From contig NW_014039914.1 in the NCBI RefSeq assembly GCF_001186125.1, forward strand, positions 1 to 32,936: a stretch of 32,936 bases of DNA, in the 5' to 3' direction. The stretch comes from Sphaeroforma arctica JP610. Lineage: Eukaryota. Position numbers and translations under genes: made by a program. The notes under the pieces are model-generated. The model had not been told where the DNA came from, did no database searches, and worked only from the letters and a program-made list of their open reading frames with translations. Positions 23,454-32,936 of the stretch are shown piece by piece; the stretch's first letter is position 1, and each line of letters opens with the position of its first letter.

Positions 23454-24479
23454 TCACTCCAACTTAATGTCGGGCTTTTTGTCACAAGACTTGGCGTGAT
23501 AGCCATTGGTCTTCTCACACTTGTCACACTTAGTAAGAAAGTGTGTACAGGTGGGTGCATGTCTGCCATTCTAATAACCGTTAGGGGTCAGTTGGTACAT
23601 GTCATACCTACACTGTGCGTCGGCACATTTCTTAATTTCCTTAAATGGAGGTTCCTTGTCCTTCGTCTCCGCGCGTGCCTGTTTATTGAGCCGCGTTGAT
23701 TGAGTGGAGTCTCGACCACGTATCTTGTTAGGACGCGTCTAATGAGGTTTATCATCTGACGTCTGGCGTGAGAGGTATCCTTGATCAGGGAGCTCGCGCG
23801 GTTTATTTACCGCCTTTTACTCGGTGTGCGGGGAAAAGAGTGAATACAGTATCATAAAGCTGTTCCCACGTAAGTCGGGATAGAAAAAACTTTGTTTCTT
23901 GTCCCTTGTCTCGAGCCTCAGTAGCGTATTAACGTCGCAACTCGGTGTACAGACTTTCACGGTCGTTGTTCCCTGTGTTCTTACAGAAAACATGCATAAC
24001 CAGGAACTCGTACCATCGCTGCGCCTTGTCATTTGTTATATCTGGACGTTTAAGGTCAGCATCAAGTTTCAGAATTTAAGTCTGAATAGGAGTATTCTCA
24101 ACTGGTTTAGTTAAGATTGAACTCAGTCCTGGACTTCGCCTGTCCTTGCTTAATAAGGACGTAACCAACCAACACACAGCTAGCCAGTCACGACAAGTGT
24201 CTAGCTCATGCTGGTGTCGCTGCAGGATCAAGTAACTTGTTCCTGTAGGGTCAAACGACTGCATTAAAGCAGAAATCCATTGCTGGGGAGCGATATAATT
24301 CGTCTCCAGCATGACCTTAAACGCACTAAGCGTATGGGTTAGCGTGTCGAGGTCATGGTTGTTTATAAACTCGATCTGCTTGCTGTTGGCATCCCAGTTC
24401 GACTTAAGTCGACTGATCTGTCCCTTGTACTTCTGGTTATCCCGATGGTTTTGCCTACGTTGGGCCCGAAGTAGCTGAT
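23454..24479 (-). pseudogene. Element A gag, C-terminal part (capsid-like region and Cys/His knuckles)
   Basis: Helical ORF 24076-24479; CADAQC-x16-HAPTC and CDKCEKTNGYHAKSC; ends at TGA 23454-23456. Confidence 0.7.
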
Positions 24480-25441
24480 TGTAAAAATAGCGGGTTCCTA
24501 ATAGTAGTTGCACAGTTAACGTATATTATAAACGTATATAATATTAACGTTCATACTTATATTACTGAAATACGTTTAACGAATTGGGCATGAACAAGAA
24601 TTGAGATATTCAAGATTCTGAACATGTGACAGTACTCAGTAGAGTATGGGACTCTACTGTGGACAATTAGGTTCTTTTCCAAATATAGATTGGTTTTTTC
24701 ACTGAAATTAGAATTGTACTTAATATAGGAACGACACCGATCTGACACCTGAAAATGACACTTTGGGAATCTCTAATTAATAGGAGTACCANNNNNNNNN
24801 NNNNNNNNNNNNNNNNNNNNNNNNNNNNNNNNNNNNNNNNNNNNNNNNNNNNNNNNNNNNNNNNNNNNNNNNNNNNNNNNNNNNNNNNNNNNNNNNNNNN
24901 NNNNNNNNNNNNNNNNNNNNNNNNCAAGATAATCCACCGAGAAAAGGACAGGATCAGAGTTATTAGAATTTAGAACAACATGGTTTTGATTCCTCCTAGC
25001 CAGCCAACTAGATGTGCCCGTCTATGCCTTAAATGGGATGGGGAGCTAGGTACCAAGTGATGGGGTTTAGGTGCAGATGTATACTGCACCAGCTGGTGTT
25101 TTGATTTTATTTTTATTTTCTTAAGTTGGACTTAGAGGTATTTTATTGGATAGTTTGATTAGGTAATAGTTTCGAGGCGTGAAATGTAAATTATGCGTCC
25201 AATGAAATGAAATCTAGTCTTAGTAACTAAAACATAAATAAATCTAGACCGAAGTAGTGAGTGATTAGAGCGGAACATATAGACATTAGTCTCAGTCTAA
25301 AATCCCCTAATCTTTTGCTCATTACCAAGGGCTGAAGCTAAACTTATTTAACATTTTGCATTTTAACGTATTAACGTATTGTCTTATTAACGTAAACATC
25401 TTGGTATCGTATAGTCAGCCTAGAGGAGACCGACTTTTACA
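24480..25441 (+). repeat. 5' LTR of element B (family 2); includes assembly gap 24792-24924
   Basis: 7-bp terminal inverted repeat TGTAAAA...TTTTACA; the 3' end AGACCGA..TTACA resembles the family-1 LTR end; second copy at 30962-31521. Confidence 0.8.
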
Positions 25442-25472
25442 TAATTTTAAGTTTATATACGCTATCGATATT

Positions 25473-28242
25473 ATGACGAAAGGGAAAAAATAAGGCAGCG
25501 AATGTAGCTAGGGCTACAAACGTGAAAGGATTTACTGTAGGCGAAGAAAAGCAGAAAACACCCCCGGCACCATCAGTGGAAGCTGAAGCAACTGAGATCA
25601 CGCCGGTACAACCGGTACCAACTCTGACTAAACGGAAACGTAAGAAGTTGGTTGACTCGGGTGTAGGTGCATCCGGAGGTAATGTGACTACGAAGCCACA
25701 GAAGCCACCAGCGAAGAAGGCGAAATCTTGAAAGGGAAAAGCCGAGAAAACGCAATTCTCGGAAAATTCAACCTCAGAGGAAGTGCGACATGCACTGAAA
25801 TCAGATGTATTATCCCCACTAGTGGACACGCGCACAGCACGTAGACAAGATCCTACCTATCATATGATAGCAAGGGATAGGAGAGCCTTCCTGAAGAACT
25901 ACCAACCAATGGTACATGAAATGAGACCTACTAAGCAGCGGAAGAAAAAGCAAGCCGCAGCGAAGGATCAAAGTCATGGTGAATCAGGGTAGGATGACTC
26001 GGAGGATGAGCCAATGGCACAATCACTGTTGGATCAACCCCAAATCAACGTAACGGAAGAACAACTGCGTTTCGTAGTTATAGGTCCGGATGATGTGGAC
26101 CATACACTTCACCATCAGGACGACGAATCGGACACCAGGTTGGATTCACAATTCCTGCATTTACCCAAAACACCACGCCGACCGGCTTGGCGACAGAACT
26201 TTGATCTGGGCCATCCATACCAGACTCAGATTGATATCCAGGAGGAGGGTCAACGAGAGTTGATCCGTCAGAAGGCCAACCGGGCATGGGTGTTTCGAAA
26301 CACGTATGGAACGTACTTTCCAGATGCAATGAAGACCAAACCGGATGGTACAATCTCACCGAGGTATGTAATAAATGCAGCGGTAAGAAATTTTGGACTC
26401 GATTTGTTTAGAGATTCTAAATTCTACAATCGGCTAGTGACAATGAAAACTGACGAAGGTAAACAGAAACGCAAACTTTTCCGTCGATTTCAGAAGATAC
26501 TACCGAAGGTATTCGGAACGAGGAGAGATGGAAGTTTTGTACACTTAATTTGGTACGCAATTCGGGATCGTCTTGGAGACCTTCCCGACTTGATATCAAA
26601 CCATTTGGTACTCTATCAAGCCATGTTGGCGTTTAAGATGTTGTCAGACAATGGAGAGGCAAACAGAATCCGATCTTCCTCATCCGAAGCTCAACCTTCT
26701 CCTGGATTGGACGCAACAGCAATGTCGCGAATGGCAACTGAACAGGAGCCTAATCCAAATCCACCACCGGAAAGAAATCCACAGAGTGCCCCAGAGGTAT
26801 TTCCGAAGGACAAACCGACCGAAGAGCCTAAACCTGATCAGGTGGAAGCTAGAAAATCTTTGTCGTCATCGGGAGACAGTTCGCCCTCAGTGACTATTCC
26901 AACGACGACAAAAGATGCTGTCCCATCAAAAGCGTTCATTCACATTGAACAGGTCGACGGATCAAAGGATGAGGCAGACAACTATCTGCATGGTCAGATG
27001 CAGTTAGAAAAGAAGGGATCAGATCACTCTAGCAGTGATCTGAAAATTGCTGAATTCACTGTTCAAATGAACAAGGCTGAGGCAGCTTCACTCGAGGCGA
27101 TGGATCTAGGTAGGATTGATGCCGCTTCTCCAGACCAAGATTGATTCAAAACTAAGAGTGATTCAGACCGAGAAGGCTGTGGAAGGCAAGAAGTTTGTAA
27201 AGGACATAGGTAAACTACCAACGACATACAGATCTGATCGAAAGGACCGGAAGGCTCCAATCGATACTAGCAGTCTGGCGTTGTTATCTAGGTCTTTGAC
27301 AGAGTTTGGACAGATTATGCTTACAGCCAATCTACGGAAGAACCTATGGTTCGAAGCAGCGCAGCAGAGCTTTAAGCCGTCCTCTTACAAGTATAACAAG
27401 TTAGAGAAGGCGAAACAAGCGATCACTAAGCTGAAAACGTGGAAAGAGCAGAGTGAGATGATCATCCACTTATTTTTGACGGACCCTCGACCGGAATTGC
27501 TTGTATCGATCATGATACCACCGGAAGAAGGAACGCCAGTGTCCCACTACTTATTAGAGTTGGACACACACATGTCACGGGCCCAGACTCAGGAGATATC
27601 ACCTGATAAGCTAGGCATGTGTGTACTATGTGAACAGACAATTTTTTGGTCCAACCTACATAGGAGAGATCAAGAGATTCTGTACGCCGATATGCATCAA
27701 TCTTACCCGGACAAGGTACGAGAGATCTCCATTGAGGGACCTGCCTACGGTATAATTAAGCTAGCGGACTTAACCTGAGCATAATTTTACTCGAGAGCGG
27801 ATCAGACGTTTACCAAAAGACATAGTTCCGTGGTGAAAGTCACTAATGCTCAGAAGAAGGTCAGCGGAAATCTTACCGGAGGATCAGGCAATGGTCGAGA
27901 CTCTCAATCCACTAATGGAGGTCAAAAGGTACACAAAGGGGGTGACAAGGGTAGCAATAAGAACAAAAATATAAATGGTTCTGAAGGCAACAAGATCAAT
28001 GTCATCCCTAAGGGTAACCAGACCAACAGAAATGGACCGCCAAGCTCAGGTATAGGGAGGTCAAGAACTGTAGTGAGACGGATTGCAATTGGCGAATGAC
28101 CAAACATGAGCCGAATGCCAGATGGAATGGAAGGCCCGCAGAAAAGTGTAAGCACTTTATCGAGAAGTTTGCCGACTGTACTGGGACTGGAGGTTACCTC
28201 AAGCATACATGCAAGGTGAAACCAAAAGTTGAAGTTAAGTGA
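25473..28242 (+). pseudogene. Element B gag-like ORF (about 920 codons, broken)
   Basis: Starts ATG ACG AAA (MTKG(K)NKAA after a 1-nt frameshift). Chains ORFs 25522, 25783, 26014, 27116 and 27830, then degenerate knuckles at about 28070-28212, and ends at TGA 28240-28242. Confidence 0.7.
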
Positions 28243-29999
28243 CAAACATACCGGGTCCTGTCACTAAGACAAAAGGACGCACCTCAAGACGAGCGTGTAA
28301 TCCTAGATATACGAGTCATCGGACATGAAATAAAAGCGTTGCTGGATCCGGGCTCGCAAATTTCATGTATATTCTCTAGATTCTGTAAAATGACAGACGT
28401 AACTCGTAAGTCAGAGCCTAAAAACCCTAAAAGAAATGGCAATCGATCTTAGGTTTACATTGACAGACCAACGTTATATAGTTACTAAGGCAGTCATATG
28501 TAACACTTCACCAGACTATGATCTCATAGTAGGTATGAGTGATTTATTGTCATTCGGTATCACAATTACAGGCATACCTACTAACATTGAACCACAGGAG
28601 GATCAGTCGGACGACAACTTGTTGAAACCGGATAAACCTTCGAAGACTGTGAAGGAGATGCTCCCTCACTTCACAAAGAAACTCAAGGACTTGATTTTCT
28701 AGAACGACAAGATTCAGATCACTGACTGGGCTAAGTTCAAATTCAATAACGGATACGTTAGTCTAGACCTGACGAGAGTAGATTCTCGAAGCTGAAGTGT
28801 CCTACACGTAACTATGTTGCATGGCGTCATGAACAGGTCGTACGAGAACAGGTTAAAGCATGGTTAGATGACGGAGTGATCGCAGTCAACTACGAGCCGA
28901 CTCCCGTCAACCTAGCGCTTGTAGCCGTCGACCAATTCAACTCTGACGGGACGCTGAAGAAAGTTCGGGTGTGTTTGGATATGAGCCCAATTAACGCTTT
29001 GCTACCAACACACAATTTTCACTTACCTAGGATAAACGAACTACTCAGGTGCATGGAGGGAGCTAAGATATTCTCCACTATCGACCTGAAGCAGGGCTAC
29101 CACCAGATGAAGATCTACAAACCACACCAGAAGTATTTCACCTTTTGGACAATGTACAAGTATACATTGATGGCATTGTGGTATTCACTAAAACCAAAGA
29201 GGAGCACGAAAGGGTTATGCGAGAGGTTCTAGACAGACCTAACAAGCACGACTTTAAGGTCAACAGTAAGGAATGTCACTTCGGTGTTCACGAGATTCAG
29301 CTGTTGGGTTACCGAGTATCCGAGGATGGAATCATGATCAATCCCGGGAAGGTCGACCACTTGCTAGACTGGAGAACTCCTACCACGGATAAGGATGTCA
29401 ACAGCATGTGCGGATTCGTCAACTTTTTGTCTGACGGAGTACCACACCTGGCAAGTTATTTAAAACCCTTTGGACATTTGGGATGTCATAAAGGCAAACT
29501 AGGCGCACTGTGGACCAAAGACTGTGATGACGCATTTAAGCAGCTCAAAACAGTGGTTCAGCAGACACCAGTAGTCCAGCCACCAAATGATGGTATTCCA
29601 TTCATGGTAGCAACAGACGCGTCCGACATGGCACTCGGCGGCGTCTTGTATCAAACGATTGATGGTAAACCAAGATATGTACAGTTATTTAGCAGGGCTA
29701 TGAATTTGTCTCAGATCAATTACCCAACCGTGCAACAAGAGCTTTTGGCGATTGTTACTGCACTCACTCATTTTAAGGACTATCTATATGGCACGCACTT
29801 TAACGTGCTATGTGATCAGAAGTCATTGCAACACCTAAAGGACATGAAACCTAACTCACAGTTAGTCAGTCGATGGCATGACACGATCGCGAAGTTTTCT
29901 TTCGGCATAACACATATACCGGATATTCACAATCACTTACCCGACATGTTGTCTCGCTTCGTACCAGACTTTAACAAGATGATTAGGGAGTTACTAGCT
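28243..29999 (+). pseudogene. Element B protease, reverse transcriptase and RNase H
   Basis: ALLDPGSQISCI; YDLIVGM; RVCLDMSPIN; STIDLKQGYHQ; YIDG (29163-29174); TDASDMALGG; HNHLPDMLSR. Confidence 0.92.
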
Positions 30000-30350
30000 A
30001 CAGATTGGATGGCCAATCCTAGGTGGTTTAAGATCGCTGACAACAATCATAATGCGCAACTGCCGAGGTACCGGACACTGGAACATCCGGAAGGAGACGG
30101 GAGAATACCTGGGCAAATCCTCCATGGCTATTAATACCACAGTTCCTAATTATATACATATTCGAGATGCTACCATCACGTTGTGTTGTCCCCTAAGACA
30201 CTCAGATAAATGACTATCACAGTTGATCTCAATGATACAATGTGAGCCGATCTATGTGGATAGAGAGGTAGATACTTTTCTCTACCAGGGTACCCGTGCA
30301 GTCCAAAAGACGCCTTGGCGACATACTATTGTATGTTGAATAGGTCCAGT
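30000..30350 (+). pseudogene. Dam-like methyltransferase domain within the pol of element B (internally deleted)
   Basis: TDWMANPRWF, NAQLPRY, ENTWANPPWLLI (NPPW at 30116-30127), ATITLCCP, DREVDTFLYQGTRAVQKTPWRHTI. Confidence 0.85.
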
Positions 30351-30779
30351 TGGAACAACCAAGTGGGCACCATCCGAGACTTTCAAACAGAAGGTTGAGG
30401 AATCCAAGATTCCACTATTGAATCCTAAGTCTCTATCAGAGACTGGGACAACACAAGCACCTGCAGTATGTGTTACCGAGATACAGGCAAATTCAAAGGA
30501 ATCAAAGAGGAGCGCAACACTAGCGAAAGCCTTCTACAAAAAGATCCGGTCTGACAGGGAAACTGCATACCAAGCAGAATCTCGATTGCTTAAGCAATTG
30601 ATGAATGACTTTCCCGAGGTATATGATCATGTGACTCAACTAATGGATAGATCAAACATTAGTCGGATTCACGATGTAGAAGCTTTAGGCGAGATTGGAC
30701 AAGGCGAGTCTTCGAGTCCAGGTGATGACGCGGTGGAATCATCACCTCCTGATTTCAATGTAACAAGTAAATCACAGGA

Positions 30780-30961
30780 GGCGATTCTGAAGTGGTTGAG
30801 ACAAAATCATGCTCTTTAAGCACATGAATAAGGTTAGAACTGAGAAAGATTGCAAGAGGTACGGAATCGTACACCCGAACCTCAAGCAATATATATATCA
30901 GGTGTATCACGAATGGAACAACTGCAAAGTTAACCGGATCAAGCGCTACGGATACGCACCA
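30780..30961 (+). pseudogene. Element B integrase N-terminal zinc-binding fragment
   Basis: ILKWLRQNHAL..HMN...GIVHPNLK...WNNC...IKRYGYAP aligns with A's ILAWLTQNHKLKHQN...GIAHPKL...CTDC...IKRSGFAP. Confidence 0.75.
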
Positions 30962-31521
30962 AGCTGGTGCCGTATACATCTGCACCCAAACACCATCACT
31001 TGGTACCTAGCTCCCCATCCCATTTAAGGCATAGACGGGCACATCTGGTTGGCTGGCTAGGAGGAATCAAAACCAGGTTGTCCTAAATTCTAACAACTCT
31101 GATCCTGTCCTTTTCTCAGTAGATTATCTTGCTCTGCGATCATTATCGAATTATAACATAGGTTTGTACCAACAACCATTTCATGCCTGAGACCCTCTCT
31201 CACGGTACTCCCATTAATTAGAGATTCCCAAAGTGTCATTTTCAGGTGTCAGATTTTTATCATTCCTATATTATATCCAATTCTAATTTCAGTGGAAAAA
31301 AACCAATTTATATTTGGAAAAGCACCTAATTGTCCACAGTAGAGTTCCATTCTCTACTGAGTACTATCACATGTTCAGAATCTTGAATATCTCAATTCTT
31401 GTTCATGTCCAATACGTCAAACGTAATCTAGTATTTTATGTATACACGTTAATACGTTAAAACGGAAATAATATACGTTAACTGTGCAACTACTATTAGG
31501 AACCCGCTATATATTTTTACA
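30962..31521 (-). repeat. Inverted partial family-2 LTR
   Basis: Reverse complement of 24480-25094; begins TGTAAAAAT on the minus strand at 31521. Confidence 0.9.
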
Positions 31522-31910
31522 TCTTCTGGTTCCGGTGTAGGTACCTTCTGAGATTCGTCTTTGTCCCCTATAATTGGGGACTTTTCTTTCTCAGTTTCGT
31601 CAGAAGAATTGGTTGGGGCGTCTTGAGACGTGTCCCTTGTCTCACTTCTTGGCTTCGTAAATGCAAGCTTCAGAGTTGAGGCAATAGTTGGCCCTCGGGC
31701 TCTATCTGTAGGGGTAGTTTCCTTAATCGGAGTGGCTACCTTCTTATCGGAGGCATTGTCCTGACTATTATTGTCGGAGACAAGTGCTTCGGCTACGGTG
31801 CGTTTAAACGCATCGGCAGCGGTAGCTGTTGCAGCGCTAGTAGCGTCTTTTTCCATCTTTTTACGTTCGGCCTTGCGTTTCTTTGCAGGCTTATTGTCTT
31901 ACTTTGTCAT
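31522..31910 (-). pseudogene. Element A gag, N-terminal part
   Basis: ATG lies about 130 nt after the 5' LTR; MTK*DNKPAKKRKAERKKMEKD... parallels B's MTKGKNKAA start. Cut by the family-2 LTR. Confidence 0.65.
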
Positions 31911-32038
31911 AATTTTAACTTATGACTTTGGTCGTATTCTCTTAAGGAATGACTGTGCTTAAGAAACATTTTGTGGTAGTTATCTACCTTTACGTTTAAG
32001 TAGTGTAAGTATTTAATACCTTTGCTATCTTTAAAATG

Positions 32039-32792
32039 TGTAAATTTCGGGTTATCAAGGCAATATTAACGCCTTAGAGTAATTAAACGTTTAGGTTAAG
32101 TCTAAGTATAGTTAAGTTCGAAATAAATAAACGAAATGAGTCTTGTAGTAAAGTTAGGTATGCCTCGTGAAAACAGCAACACTCTGAGGGATTGTGAGGC
32201 TGAGACATTGCCTATATATAATCCTCTCAGTACTGTTTTCACCGAAGGGATTTTATTTAGTGTTTCGTTGTCGCTCTATTAGAAACTATGGTATGTTTCG
32301 TTGGGGCGAATCCGAGGGACTCATAAAATTATATCTTTAGAAAAAAGAAAAGTACTCTTGATGTCCATAGTTATTGCATTAACCAATAACTTGTCACCTA
32401 TCAAGAATTACCGACTTAGCCTTCATCAGACTGGCACATCTGGTTGGCTGAACGGCGGTTAAACTAGGTAACGCTAATAGTCCCTAAAAACCTATATTCG
32501 GTTGAGCAATCTCGCTACCGAAGTATTCATAAATAAATAGATTTAGAAAGTAAATATAGTTCTATTAATAGAACTAGACCAAATCTTTATGTTTGGTATT
32601 TTACTGGGGCCTTTTAATGGCCTTGCCCAAATATCTGATATGTAAAATGGAAAAGGTATTAATCAATAAAACCGTTAAAAACCATTTAGGAAACTTGAGT
32701 TCTTCGTACTATTAAGAGTACGATTATAGTTTACGTACTGCTTAAGAACACATTTATAACATAGAGTCGAATGTGGACGCCCTGCTATTACA
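32039..32792 (-). repeat. 5' LTR of element A (family 1)
   Basis: 754 bp, TGTAA...TTACA; shares diagnostic variants with 17818-18714; followed by TSD ACAC. Confidence 0.92.
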
Positions 32793-32936
32793 ACACGACG
32801 GTGTACGGATGTAGCATTGTTGTCCAGACCATGAACTATGTGGTTATGTGTATGTATTAAGCGTAGATGCATTTCTTATGTGCGTGTGCGCGCGAAATCA
32901 TCTGTGCATACCTTCATCTGATTAATATTATCCGTG
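32793..32936 (-). pseudogene. Continuation of the Helitron Rep region beyond element A
   Basis: Removing A and one TSD gives an open frame ...ATSVHRRV|RNVNLKHEP... leading toward the Rep motifs. Confidence 0.5.

Larger units (their letters stand above)
24480..30961 (+). mobile_element. Element B: related Gypsy-type element (5' LTR, gag, PR, RT, RH, MTase, start of INT), 3'-truncated and nested in A
   Basis: Pol is collinear with and strongly similar to A in the opposite orientation. It carries several internal deletions and stops after KRYGYAP. Confidence 0.88.
17818..32792 (-). mobile_element. Element A: Ty3/Gypsy-type LTR retrotransposon (gag-PR-RT-RH-MTase-INT), degraded, with nested insertions
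   Basis: Paired family-1 LTRs; perfect 4-bp TSD ACAC (17814-17817 and 32793-32796); PPT next to the left LTR; RT-RH-INT domain order. The Helitron frame resumes across the insertion. Confidence 0.88.

Noticed and set aside
25402..25414. TGGTATCG as a tRNA-Met primer-binding site for element B
   Set aside because: Only 7 nt match the usual TGGTATCAGAGC, and it lies inside the LTR as defined by the TTTTACA end at 25441 and by similarity to the family-1 LTR end.
32019..32030. AGATAGCAAAGG (minus strand) as a decayed tRNA-iMet PBS for element A
   Set aside because: It matches TGGTAGCAGAGG at only 9 of 12 positions, lacks TGG, is 8 nt from the LTR and has no counterpart in B.
17818..32792. Classifying the MTase-bearing elements as DIRS/Ngaro
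   Set aside because: No tyrosine recombinase was found. Element A has an aspartic protease, a DDE integrase, direct LTRs, a PPT and a TSD.

Overview
Eukaryotic genomic window. The minisatellite-rich introns resemble those of ichthyosporeans, but the host is only an inference. Positions 1-6.4 kb hold the 5' exons of a minus-strand soluble adenylyl cyclase (ADCY10/sAC-like) gene that continues off the left edge. Positions 7-12.4 kb hold degraded ORF-like DNA, including a probable non-LTR retrotransposon 3' fragment. From about 12.4 kb to the right edge lies a decayed minus-strand Helitron RepHel gene, split by three solo LTRs and one ~15-kb Ty3/Gypsy-type element (element A, 17818-32792, TSD ACAC). 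Element A itself contains a further solo LTR, a related Gypsy element in the opposite orientation (element B) and an inverted partial copy of B's LTR. The main finding is that both Gypsy elements carry a Dam-like amino-methyltransferase domain (NPPW motif; probably N6-adenine) between RNase H and a DDE integrase. That domain is familiar from tyrosine-recombinase DIRS elements rather than integrase-type LTR elements. A and B also share a YIDG reverse-transcriptase motif, an in-frame TGA at the gag/pol boundary, a DPG protease motif and the lack of a canonical tRNA primer-binding site. All assignments come from reading motifs by hand; no database searches were run.
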